64,000 bases of DNA. Source: a virus. The notes under the pieces are model-generated. The model worked only from the letters and a program-made list of their open reading frames with translations. It was not told the origin of the DNA and ran no database searches. Below are positions 49,672 to 57,837 of this stretch, piece by piece. A program made the position numbers and the translations under genes. The DNA lies in IMG/VR virus record IMGVR_UViG_3300046171_000208, positions 1-64,000 of that record. One strand, given 5' to 3'. Every line of letters starts with the position of its first letter. The first letter of the stretch is position 1.

Positions 49672-50036
49672 CTAAACCACTAGGTGAATTATCACAATCT
49701 GAAAAATCAGAGAAACCAGAAAAGAGAGAAACATATTGGACTTCAACTGAAAAAGAATCTCTTAAAGAATCATATGGTACAGAAATATTAGTTGAAAATG
49801 GTGCTCCTGCTGATGTACGGACAAAAGATGCACCAACTGATGCATCTATCGTAACCTATACTGTTGATGGTAAAGAGCATCAAGATTTAACTAGAGGTCC
49901 CAGAGTCAAGTTGTTTGATATGTATTATGATAAGTTTACGAATCTCAAACGTATTGACTACGGACAGGGAATGATTAAACCATCCTTATGGGGATACAGT
50001 GGTGAAGCAGCACCCAAAAAGAAAAAACGGAAGTAG
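49668..50036 (+). CDS. Hypothetical protein
   Basis: ATGA-coupled ORF (LFDMYYDKF...G.IKPSLWG) with a basic tail. Confidence 0.75.
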   Translation: MTKPLGELSQSEKSEKPEKRETYWTSTEKESLKESYGTEILVENGAPADVRTKDAPTDASIVTYTVDGKEHQDLTRGPRVKLFDMYYDKFTNLKRIDYGQGMIKPSLWGYSGEAAPKKKKRK

Positions 50037-50045
50037 TTTTCAAAT

Positions 50046-50075
50046 ATGGCGGGAAAAAATCCCGCCATTTTTTTT
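50046..50075 (+). terminator. Rho-independent terminator
   Basis: ATGGCGGGA-aaaaa-TCCCGCCAT followed by a T tract. Confidence 0.85.
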
Positions 50076-50161
50076 GTCCTGTAGGGTTTTCACGAAACAA
50101 AACCAATTATTTAGATTAAAAACAGGTTAAAAATCAGTTAAATGTAAAGAATATATAAAAA

Positions 50162-50177
50162 TGTATCGTAAATTACA
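50162..50177. promoter_or_regulatory. NtcA-binding-site consensus
   Basis: TGTA-TCGTAAAT-TACA = GTA-N8-TAC with flanking T/A. Confidence 0.65.
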
Positions 50178-50184
50178 AAACTAC

Positions 50185-50213
50185 TTGCATATATAGAGTG
50201 AATGTGTTACTAT
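50185..50213 (+). promoter_or_regulatory. Sigma70-type promoter; predicted TSS ~50220, at the start of the aptamer
   Basis: TTGCAT 50185-50190, 17 nt, TG-T-TACTAT 50205-50213. Confidence 0.65.
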
Positions 50214-50221
50214 TAACACAA

Positions 50222-50452
50222 CGTTCATCTTATGGGCATCCTATTATCAGCTTTAACTCTTATTGCTAGTCACGAACCAGTCCATTGGACTATTAAGTGT
50301 GATAGGTGGATGGAACTCGCTTATGAAATCAAACAAGATCCATATCTTGATGATGCAAGTAAGTTGGGTTTAATCAACCATTTCAAGTATAAAGTAGAAG
50401 AAGCTTGTAATGTCGGGGAGACATAAGACGCAAGTAAGCCGACTCGGAACGG
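50222..50452 (+). ncRNA. Glutamine-riboswitch-like aptamer 1, with an ORF inserted in its P2 loop
   Basis: CGTTCA + stem TCTTATG(50228-34)/CATAAGA(50422-28) + CGCAAG...GACTCGGAACGG; same core as aptamer 2. Confidence 0.6.
50232..50426 (+). CDS. 64-aa hypothetical protein with hydrophobic N-terminus, nested in aptamer 1
   Basis: ORF track; its ATG and TAA lie in the two strands of the 7-bp stem. Confidence 0.7.
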   Translation: MGILLSALTLIASHEPVHWTIKCDRWMELAYEIKQDPYLDDASKLGLINHFKYKVEEACNVGET

Positions 50453-50455
50453 GTT

Positions 50456-50523
50456 CGTTCATCTCCTACGGGAGACGCACAAGTTGACTGAAGGAACGGA
50501 TATTAAAAACATCCAATTACTTT
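50456..50523 (+). ncRNA. Glutamine-riboswitch-like aptamer 2 (Downstream-peptide/glnA class)
   Basis: CGTTCA-TCTCC-tacg-GGAGA-CGCA...GACTGAAGGAACGG, directly upstream of AGGAG and a YRG peptide. Confidence 0.75.
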
Positions 50524-50535
50524 AGGAGAAAACCA

Positions 50536-50643
50536 ATGGCAAAAGTCACTTATCGTGGTGTTGTTTACGACACCAACAGAAACAAAGCTCAGCAAACAAA
50601 AGAGGTCGAACTCACATATCGTGGCATTGCTCACGCTAAGTAA
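50536..50643 (+). CDS. DUF4278-like small protein (35 aa)
   Basis: MAKVTYRGVVYDTNRNKAQQTKEVELTYRGIAHAK*; two TYRG motifs; AGGAG SD. Confidence 0.85.
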   Translation: MAKVTYRGVVYDTNRNKAQQTKEVELTYRGIAHAK

Positions 50644-50735
50644 TGTTAGTTACTGCAGAAATTTTAGCAGCATCTGCTATATTTCTAACTATCATTTACG
50701 CTGAAGCTAGATTCTTGTATGGATACAAGTTCTAA
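50643..50735 (+). CDS. Small membrane peptide (30 aa)
   Basis: MLVTAEILAASAIFLTIIYAEARFLYGYKF*; TAATG coupling. Confidence 0.7.
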   Translation: MLVTAEILAASAIFLTIIYAEARFLYGYKF

Positions 50736-50740
50736 ATTAT

Positions 50741-50768
50741 AAGGAGGGGTTGTTACCCTCCTTTTTTT
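50741..50768 (+). terminator. Rho-independent terminator closing the riboswitch operon
   Basis: AAGGAGGG-gttgtta-CCCTCCTT followed by a T tract. Confidence 0.85.
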
Positions 50769-50797
50769 GTGCTATAATAGTTGAAACAATAATAACT

Positions 50798-50962
50798 ATG
50801 GACAGAGACAAACTCAAACTAATGGTTCGTAATTTGGAATTATTGGTAGATGACATAAAGGCAGAGGTCTTTTCTGATGTGGAATCTTATGTTGCTCCAC
50901 CTCCTTCTATATCTCAAGATTATGATGAAATATTAGAGGACGACGATGGCTACCCCGATTAG
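50798..50962 (+). CDS. Small acidic hypothetical protein
   Basis: MDRDKLKLMVRNLELLVDDIKAEVFSD...; TG-C-TATAAT upstream at ~50770. Confidence 0.75.
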   Translation: MDRDKLKLMVRNLELLVDDIKAEVFSDVESYVAPPPSISQDYDEILEDDDGYPD

Positions 50963-51116
50963 CAGAGTAAAAAGATTAGTTAAAATGCTTGAAAGATTAA
51001 ATAAACAACCTTATCTTTATGATGAGGATCAAGTCAAATTAATTAAAGAACAACTAAAGATTGCTAAAAATGAATTAGCAATGATTGAAGAAAAAACATC
51101 AAAAGGATTTAAATGA
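50946..51116 (+). CDS. Small coiled-coil hypothetical protein (56 aa)
   Basis: Manual translation MATPISRVKRLVKMLERL...SKGFK*; ATGA overlap with the next gene. Confidence 0.65.
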   Translation: MATPISRVKRLVKMLERLNKQPYLYDEDQVKLIKEQLKIAKNELAMIEEKTSKGFK

Positions 51117-51649
51117 TTGAAATTTTAGATTGTCCATTTGCCGATGAAATCAAAGGTAATTTAATTAAATGGTTTAAATTAGAAAAACAAAATAAAGCAT
51201 CTGGACTTGTTTTGAAGTCAAAGGAACATACTGAACCAGAGACTCCAGAGATTAAAAGATTATTTGAATGGATAGAGAGTGTAGTTCCTGATGTTGCTAT
51301 AAAATTAGCACAAAGTTCAAATTCATTATTTAATGCTGAATATAGAAGGCATACAGCTAATTTTAAAATAGATGCATATTGGGGTCTTTATTATAATTCA
51401 AATTCATTCGTATATCCTCACTCTCATTTTCCTCACGCACTATCTTTTGGATATTATATAAATGTTCCTGTAGGAAGTTCTCCTTTTACATTAATGCAAA
51501 ATAATAAAGAGGATATGGATTTTTATCCTAAAGAAGGAAATTTATTCATTTTTGATAGTTCTATTCAGCATGTTGTAAATCCATCTCCAGTTGCAGGTCG
51601 AATGATGCTTGCAGGAGATATTGCATACCTATCACGTTTTGGTAATTAA
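51113..51649 (+). CDS. 2OG-Fe(II) oxygenase-like protein
   Basis: PHSH...LSFGYY...PKEGNLFIFDS...H.V...R motif layout. Confidence 0.75.
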   Translation: MIEILDCPFADEIKGNLIKWFKLEKQNKASGLVLKSKEHTEPETPEIKRLFEWIESVVPDVAIKLAQSSNSLFNAEYRRHTANFKIDAYWGLYYNSNSFVYPHSHFPHALSFGYYINVPVGSSPFTLMQNNKEDMDFYPKEGNLFIFDSSIQHVVNPSPVAGRMMLAGDIAYLSRFGN

Positions 51650-52291
51650 ATGGAAGTTAAATTAATTAGTGTTTCACCTGATGCCGAAAAACATATGGCA
51701 TATTGTGCTCGTGTGAGCAATCCAAATAATCAGGAAAATGATAATTACGCAGGTCTTTTAAAATACTGCATCAAACATCAGCATTGGTCAATTTTTGAGC
51801 AAGCATTTATGACTCTTGAAATCAATACGACAAGAGGACTTGCTGCACAAATATTAAGGCATCGCTCTTTTACATTTCAAGAGTTTAGTCAAAGATATGC
51901 AGATACAAATTTATTAGATGTAAATATACCTTTACCAGAATTAAGAAGACAGGATACAAAGAATCGTCAGAATAGTATTGATGATATACCAGAGGAACAA
52001 AGTAAAATGTTACTTGGTAGAATACAAAATTATTTTAATGAAGGACTTGATTTATATAATGAACTATTGAGAGAAGGTATTGCAAAAGAATGTGCAAGAT
52101 TTGTTCTTCCATTAGCAACACCAACCCGCATTTATATGTCTGGAAGTGTTCGTTCTTGGGTACATTATATTGACCTTCGTTCTGGACACGGAACACAAAA
52201 AGAACATATGGATATTGCAAATGCCTGTAAGTCAATATTTATTGAACAATTTCCTACTGTATCAGAGGCATTAGAGTGGAGTGAGAGTTAA
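51650..52291 (+). CDS. thyX: FAD-dependent thymidylate synthase
   Basis: HWSIFE, QILRHRSFTFQEFSQRY, ECARFVLP and TQKEH motifs. Confidence 0.97.
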   Translation: MEVKLISVSPDAEKHMAYCARVSNPNNQENDNYAGLLKYCIKHQHWSIFEQAFMTLEINTTRGLAAQILRHRSFTFQEFSQRYADTNLLDVNIPLPELRRQDTKNRQNSIDDIPEEQSKMLLGRIQNYFNEGLDLYNELLREGIAKECARFVLPLATPTRIYMSGSVRSWVHYIDLRSGHGTQKEHMDIANACKSIFIEQFPTVSEALEWSES

Positions 52292-53777
52292 ATCAATTTG
52301 TATAGTTGGTGGTGGTTCATCAGGATGGATGTCTGCTGCACTATTATCAAAAAACTTACCAGAAACGAAAATAATATTAATTGAATCAAACACCATCAAA
52401 CCAATTGGTGTTGGTGAGTCAACTTTGGCTGAATTTAATTATTATTTGAATGCTCTCGGATTGGAAGATAAAGATTGGATGCCATATTGTGATGCTACTT
52501 ATAAAACATCAATAGCATTTAAAAATTTTAGAGATGGAGACGGTGAAAGATTTCATTATCCATTTGGTCATTATGATTTGAGTGGCAAAGAATCTTTGGA
52601 AATTTTTTACTTACTACAAAAAAAATATGGTGAAGAAATATATTCCCCCGAAGAGTTTGCAAGATTTGTTAATAAAGATGTATATTTGGCAGAATTTAAT
52701 AAAATTTCAAAAACTACACCGAATTCAACATTTGACTTTAAATTTAATATAGCATATCATTTGAATGCCAATAAATTTGGAGAATTTTTAAAGAATAAAT
52801 TTGCAATACCAAATGGAGTTACAATAATAAATGCTGATTTAAATACTATCAAACTTGATGATCAAGGATACATTGATTATATAATTGCTGACAATAAACT
52901 TGTAAAAGCAGATTTGTTTCTAGATTGCACTGGATTTAAATCTTTATTACTTGAAAATTCAGTAAATTCTGAATTTATATCTTTTGAAGATCAACTACCT
53001 AATAATTCTGCATTAGTTTCGCATATACCATATACTAATAAAGAGACTGAAATGAAGAATTACACCGATTGTGTTGCCATGAATTATGGATGGTCATGGA
53101 ATATTCCATTATGGAGTGATATTGGTGTCGGTTATGTTTACTCAGATAAATTTGTTGATGATAAAGAAGTCGAAAGTGAATTCAAAAAATTTTTAAACAT
53201 AGATTGTGATTTGAGAAAGATTAATATCAAACATGGTAAACATAAAAAGGCTTGGTTAAAAAATGTGATTGGTATAGGATTATCATATGCTTTTATCGAA
53301 CCTTTAGAGTCAACAGGTTTACTAACCACTCATCAAAATTTACTTGTATTATCTAACATCCTTAAAGATAGAAAAGTAATTAATAAATTTGATATTGATT
53401 TCTTTAATCAAAAAACCGATAATTACATTGATGTAATGAAAAATTTTGTTGTATTACATTGGATTCTATCATCAAGAGATGATAATGAATATTGGAATTT
53501 TTGTAGAGAAAAAATTGATTATAGAGGAGATATTTTTAACGTGATGGAATCTTTACTTAATAAAAAAACAGATAATGTAGGATTTACTTATATTATGGCA
53601 GGTATGAACTACAAATTGCAATTTCCAATCATTGATGATTATTCATATTATTATGGTGATAAGTGTAATCATATTCATGATGGATATATGCAAGAAAAGA
53701 AATATATGTTACAATGGATAGAGGATCAACAATCTCACTATCATTTTTTATGTGATAATGTATATGGGTCTAAATAG
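52281..53777 (+). CDS. Flavin-dependent (tryptophan-type) halogenase
   Basis: VGGGSSG, IGVGEST, CDATYK, DCTGF, WSWNIP and FIEPLESTG motifs. Confidence 0.9.
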   Translation: MRVKSICIVGGGSSGWMSAALLSKNLPETKIILIESNTIKPIGVGESTLAEFNYYLNALGLEDKDWMPYCDATYKTSIAFKNFRDGDGERFHYPFGHYDLSGKESLEIFYLLQKKYGEEIYSPEEFARFVNKDVYLAEFNKISKTTPNSTFDFKFNIAYHLNANKFGEFLKNKFAIPNGVTIINADLNTIKLDDQGYIDYIIADNKLVKADLFLDCTGFKSLLLENSVNSEFISFEDQLPNNSALVSHIPYTNKETEMKNYTDCVAMNYGWSWNIPLWSDIGVGYVYSDKFVDDKEVESEFKKFLNIDCDLRKINIKHGKHKKAWLKNVIGIGLSYAFIEPLESTGLLTTHQNLLVLSNILKDRKVINKFDIDFFNQKTDNYIDVMKNFVVLHWILSSRDDNEYWNFCREKIDYRGDIFNVMESLLNKKTDNVGFTYIMAGMNYKLQFPIIDDYSYYYGDKCNHIHDGYMQEKKYMLQWIEDQQSHYHFLCDNVYGSK

Positions 53778-53798
53778 TACACATAACTTTATAATTAT

Positions 53799-54047
53799 AT
53801 GGCAACATACCCTGTAGTAAATACAAAAACTGGTGAACAGAAAGAAGTGATGATGAGTATCACAAAATGGGATCAGTGGTGTAAAGATAATCCTGATTGG
53901 TTGAGGGATTATTCTGATCCCTCTACTATGCCAGGTGTTGGTGAAGTCGGAGAATGGAAAGATAAGTTAAGAAAGAGTAAACCAGGTTGGAATGATGTGC
54001 TTAAAAAAGCACAAAAATCACCAGGTTCTAGAGTAAAACCACTTTAA
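53799..54047 (+). CDS. Conserved cyanophage hypothetical protein
   Basis: MATYPVVNTKTGEQKEV.MS...PGWNDVL...PGSRV. Confidence 0.8.
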   Translation: MATYPVVNTKTGEQKEVMMSITKWDQWCKDNPDWLRDYSDPSTMPGVGEVGEWKDKLRKSKPGWNDVLKKAQKSPGSRVKPL

Positions 54048-54051
54048 TCAA

Positions 54052-54810
54052 ATGCCAAGAAAAAAGAAGACTAATGGGGATCAACCCATAGGTATCGGTT
54101 TAACTACGAAACAAATGAAACGTAAGAAACCGATTGGAAATAGTTACCTTCTTGATATTGAACCCATCACAGATAATCAAAAAAAACTTTTTGATGCATA
54201 TGCAGAGGATAAACATCTAGTTGCATATGGTACTGCAGGGACAGGTAAAACATTTATTTCATTATATAATGCTCTTGCAGATATTCTTGATGAAACTACA
54301 CCATACGAAAGAATATATCTCGTTCGTTCTTTAGTTTCAACTCGTGAGATTGGGTTTTTACCTGGTGACCACGAAGATAAAGCTGATATTTACCAGATAC
54401 CATATAAAAATATGGTTAAGTATATGTTTCAAATGCCAACTGATGCTGACTTTGAAATGTTGTATGGTAATTTAAAAGCACAAGAGAGTATAAAATTTTG
54501 GAGTACTTCTTTTATAAGAGGAACTACATTAGATAATGCGATTGTAATTGTTGATGAATTTCAGAATCTTAATTTTCACGAATTAGATTCAATTATGACT
54601 CGTATTGGTGAAAATAGTCGCATTATGTTTTGTGGTGATGCTAGTCAATCTGATTTGGTTAAAACAAATGACAGGAATGGCATACACGACTTTCTTAACA
54701 TCTTGCGTAAAATGCCATCCTTTGATATAATAGAGTTTGGTATCAATGACATAGTTCGTTCTGGACTTGTCAAAGAATATATTATTGCAAAACTTGATAT
54801 TGGTCTTTAA
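54052..54810 (+). CDS. phoH: PhoH-like ATPase
   Basis: GTAGTGKT, IGFLPG, FIRGTT, DEFQN and GDASQSDL motifs. Confidence 0.97.
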   Translation: MPRKKKTNGDQPIGIGLTTKQMKRKKPIGNSYLLDIEPITDNQKKLFDAYAEDKHLVAYGTAGTGKTFISLYNALADILDETTPYERIYLVRSLVSTREIGFLPGDHEDKADIYQIPYKNMVKYMFQMPTDADFEMLYGNLKAQESIKFWSTSFIRGTTLDNAIVIVDEFQNLNFHELDSIMTRIGENSRIMFCGDASQSDLVKTNDRNGIHDFLNILRKMPSFDIIEFGINDIVRSGLVKEYIIAKLDIGL

Positions 54811-55493
54811 TGTTTAATCATGTTGATATTGATCTTCCAAAATTAAAAAGGGAAACTATAGATGGTGTTCGTTACTATTCTGTTCCTGACGAAGATGAAT
54901 TAATTAAATTAGTTTCAATCACATCTGTTACCAGTCATTTTAATAAAGACATCTTTGTTAAATGGCGAAAAAGAGTAGGTGATGAAGAAGCAAACCGTGT
55001 TACTAAGGCAGCTACCACCCGTGGTACTGATTTTCACACTCTAACTGAACATCATTTATTGAATGATGAGAAACTTCCAAAAGTTCCTCCGATTTCTAAT
55101 TTTCTGTTCAGTGTGGCGAAACAAAAAATTGGTAATATAAATAATATTTACGCTTTAGAGGGTTCGCTCTACAGTAGGCAACTAGGAATTGCTGGAACTG
55201 TTGATTGTATTGCAGAATACGAGGACGAGTTAGCGATAATAGACTTTAAGACTTCAAAGAAACCAAAACCAAGAGACTGGATAGAACATTACTTCGTCCA
55301 GTGTATGGCATACGGTTGTATGTTGTATGAATTAACGGGTATATCTGTTAAAAAATTAGTAATTATTATGTCCTGTGAAAATGGAGAATGCATCGTCTAT
55401 GAAGAATACAACAAAGCAAAGTACATCAAACTCCTCGGAGAATACATTAACAAATTTGTTCAAGATAAACTGGAAATCTATGGAACCGAATAA
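54810..55493 (+). CDS. PD-(D/E)xK exonuclease
   Basis: SITSV, RGTDFH, AGTVDCIA, IIDFKTS and YFVQ..AY motifs. Confidence 0.88.
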   Translation: MFNHVDIDLPKLKRETIDGVRYYSVPDEDELIKLVSITSVTSHFNKDIFVKWRKRVGDEEANRVTKAATTRGTDFHTLTEHHLLNDEKLPKVPPISNFLFSVAKQKIGNINNIYALEGSLYSRQLGIAGTVDCIAEYEDELAIIDFKTSKKPKPRDWIEHYFVQCMAYGCMLYELTGISVKKLVIIMSCENGECIVYEEYNKAKYIKLLGEYINKFVQDKLEIYGTE

Positions 55494-55743
55494 AGAACTA
55501 GAACAGGCAATCGAGAATAAATTCTTGACCCCATCTAAATTTGCAATCGAAATCGAAAAGATTGTTGCAGCAGAAGAAGACTTCAATTACATTGATGCAA
55601 TCTGCTACTATTGCGAAACTAACAATATTGAGGTAGAATCAGTATCGAAGTTAATATCCAAACCTTTAAAAGAAAGATTAAAATGGGATGCAACCCGTCT
55701 TAACTTTATGAAACCTACATCAAGAGCAAAATTGCCTTTATAA
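55480..55743 (+). CDS. g33: Late transcription coactivator gp33
   Basis: KFAIEIEKIV...YIDAI..YC..NNIEVE.V.KLISKPLKE; synteny with g59 and g32. Confidence 0.85.
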   Translation: MEPNKELEQAIENKFLTPSKFAIEIEKIVAAEEDFNYIDAICYYCETNNIEVESVSKLISKPLKERLKWDATRLNFMKPTSRAKLPL

Positions 55744-55946
55744 TGAAAAAATCAGAATTGATTCATTGGAGATTGCAAGCGATGCTTCGTGAGCATTCTT
55801 TCCCTGATTTACAATACTTGGGTGTAAGACCTGACAGTATCGGTGTTGACCAACACTGGTATAAAATAGGAGAAGCAGAAGTTCCTGTTGACTCAATTAC
55901 AGAATTAGATAGTGAAGAGGAAGAAGATGAAAGTGACTCCATTTGA
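55743..55946 (+). CDS. Hypothetical protein
   Basis: 67-aa coupled ORF between g33 and g59. Confidence 0.7.
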   Translation: MKKSELIHWRLQAMLREHSFPDLQYLGVRPDSIGVDQHWYKIGEAEVPVDSITELDSEEEEDESDSI

Positions 55947-56523
55947 AACCTACCAATCATATCTATCAATGAAAAGTCATTTTACGAACCGTAAGTATGA
56001 CTTTTTTAGGTATGGTGGTAAATCTCGTGCAACTATGACATCCTTTAATAAAAGGAAAGATAAGTATTGGTTTGAGAAAACGTCGAGAAAATATTCTGAT
56101 GACCAGATTGTTGATTTTCTATTAGCAAATTTTGTGACTACAGATAATCCAAAAAACTTATGGATTGGTGAGATTATCAATTCTGGGGAAAGAACATATG
56201 CAGATTGGACAAGAAGACAACAGAGTATTTCTTATCTGTTTAAAGAAGAATGTTCTAAATTATTGGAAGAATATAAACTTGATGAGTTGTTTGAGTGTGG
56301 AAAAGGACATCCGATTATATTGAAGAGATTTCTAGGTGGTGATATATCATTAGAAACATTTGTTATCTTTGATATTATATTTGCGTTTTCAGATAAGTTT
56401 GATGAAAAACTACTCGATCCCGTATGGGAAACCGTAAGTTTGAAGATAAGGAAGTATAAACCTTTCCTAAATATTAATGTATTCAACTTTAAAAAAATAC
56501 TACGGGAAATCGTAAATGAGTGA
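55927..56523 (+). CDS. g59: Helicase loader gp59
   Basis: YLSMKSHFT..KYDFF.Y.GK, FNKRKDKYWFEK and ISLET; synteny. Confidence 0.9.
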   Translation: MKVTPFETYQSYLSMKSHFTNRKYDFFRYGGKSRATMTSFNKRKDKYWFEKTSRKYSDDQIVDFLLANFVTTDNPKNLWIGEIINSGERTYADWTRRQQSISYLFKEECSKLLEEYKLDELFECGKGHPIILKRFLGGDISLETFVIFDIIFAFSDKFDEKLLDPVWETVSLKIRKYKPFLNINVFNFKKILREIVNE

Positions 56524-56848
56524 TTTTTTCGATTCAAACATAGTTCGTGAAGAACTACAAGAGATAAACGAATTGCAGTTATCTATTTACAAGAATGCAA
56601 TGAAGTTTGGAACTTTTAGTCGTGAAGATAAAGTTGACCACATAGAAAGACTTACTGAATTATTAGAAAGACAAAAAGTAATGTACACTCGCATTAGTCT
56701 CTCTGATGACCCAGAAGCAATTGAACTCAAGATTCATTTACAAAAATCAGTTGAACTTATGGGTTTCCCAGAAGGAACTGATATGTTGTTATTATTCTCT
56801 GGTATGTCAAATACTATCGAGAATCTTAAGAACTCTATTGACAATTGA
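56516..56848 (+). CDS. Conserved cyanophage hypothetical protein
   Basis: FFDSNIVREEL...ERQKVMYTRISLSDDPEA. Confidence 0.8.
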   Translation: MSDFFDSNIVREELQEINELQLSIYKNAMKFGTFSREDKVDHIERLTELLERQKVMYTRISLSDDPEAIELKIHLQKSVELMGFPEGTDMLLLFSGMSNTIENLKNSIDN

Positions 56849-56866
56849 TTCTTAATCTGTTATAAT
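56838..56866 (+). promoter_or_regulatory. Consensus sigma70-type promoter for g32
   Basis: TTGACA 56838-56843, 17 nt, TG-T-TATAAT 56858-56866. Confidence 0.85.
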
Positions 56867-56905
56867 CTAATTATCCAAAATATCCAATTTATCCGAGGTA
56901 TCTAA

Positions 56906-57793
56906 ATGTCTTTTAAAGACCTTAAAAAGCAGTCTAAACTTGGCTCTTTAACAGCAAAACTAGTTAAAGAAGTTGAGAAGATGAACAACACGGGCGGTAA
57001 CGCTGATGACCGAATCTGGAAGCTAGATGTAGACAAAGGAGGTAACGGTTATGCTGTTATCAGATTCCTACCTGCACCCGAAGGTGAAGATTTACCATTT
57101 GTAAAACTATATTCACACGCATTCCAAGGACCTGGTGGATGGTTCATTGAGAACTCACTCACAACACTTGGACAGAAAGACCCAGTTTCCGAGTATAACT
57201 CATTACTCTGGAACAATGGTACTGATGCTGGAAAAGAAACAGCAAGAAAGCAGAAGCGTAAGTTAACTTATGTCAGCAACATTTATGTTGTAAAAGACCC
57301 TGCAAATCCTGATAACGAAGGTAAAGTATTTCTATACAAGTATGGAAAGAAAATCTTTGACAAGCTTACTGCAGCAATGCAACCAGAGTTTGAAGATGAG
57401 GAAGCAATCGATCCATTCGATTTCTGGCAAGGTGCTAACTTTAAGTTAAAAGCAAAGAATGTCGCAGGTTATAGAAACTACGATAGTTCTGAATTTGCAG
57501 CACAAAGTCCTCTACTTGATGACGATGATGCAATGGAAACACTCTGGAAAAAACAGTTCTCACTTTCTGAAATTGTTGCACCAGACCAGTTCAAGGCATA
57601 TGATGAGTTAAAGACTCGTCTAGATTATGTTCTTGGAAATAAGAAGTCCGCTGCACCACAGTTTGAAGAGGAAGATAATGATCGTGGTCAAGCAGAAGAG
57701 TTAGTAACTGCTGCTGTATCAAAACCAACTCCTGCTGTTGCAGAAGAAGAGGATGATGCACTATCATACTTTGCGAAACTCGCAGAAGAATAA
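56906..57793 (+). CDS. g32: Single-stranded DNA-binding protein gp32
   Basis: DDRIWK..DK.GNGYAVIRFLPA, YKYGKKIFDK, YRNYDSSEF and acidic C-terminal tail. Confidence 0.97.
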   Translation: MSFKDLKKQSKLGSLTAKLVKEVEKMNNTGGNADDRIWKLDVDKGGNGYAVIRFLPAPEGEDLPFVKLYSHAFQGPGGWFIENSLTTLGQKDPVSEYNSLLWNNGTDAGKETARKQKRKLTYVSNIYVVKDPANPDNEGKVFLYKYGKKIFDKLTAAMQPEFEDEEAIDPFDFWQGANFKLKAKNVAGYRNYDSSEFAAQSPLLDDDDAMETLWKKQFSLSEIVAPDQFKAYDELKTRLDYVLGNKKSAAPQFEEEDNDRGQAEELVTAAVSKPTPAVAEEEDDALSYFAKLAEE

Positions 57794-57810
57794 TTACAAA
57801 GTAATTGTGT

Positions 57811-57837
57811 AGGGGGTCAAACGACCCCCTTTTTTTT
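57811..57837. terminator. Terminator between convergent g32 and g53
   Basis: AGGGGGTC-aaac-GACCCCCT followed by a T tract. Confidence 0.85.
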
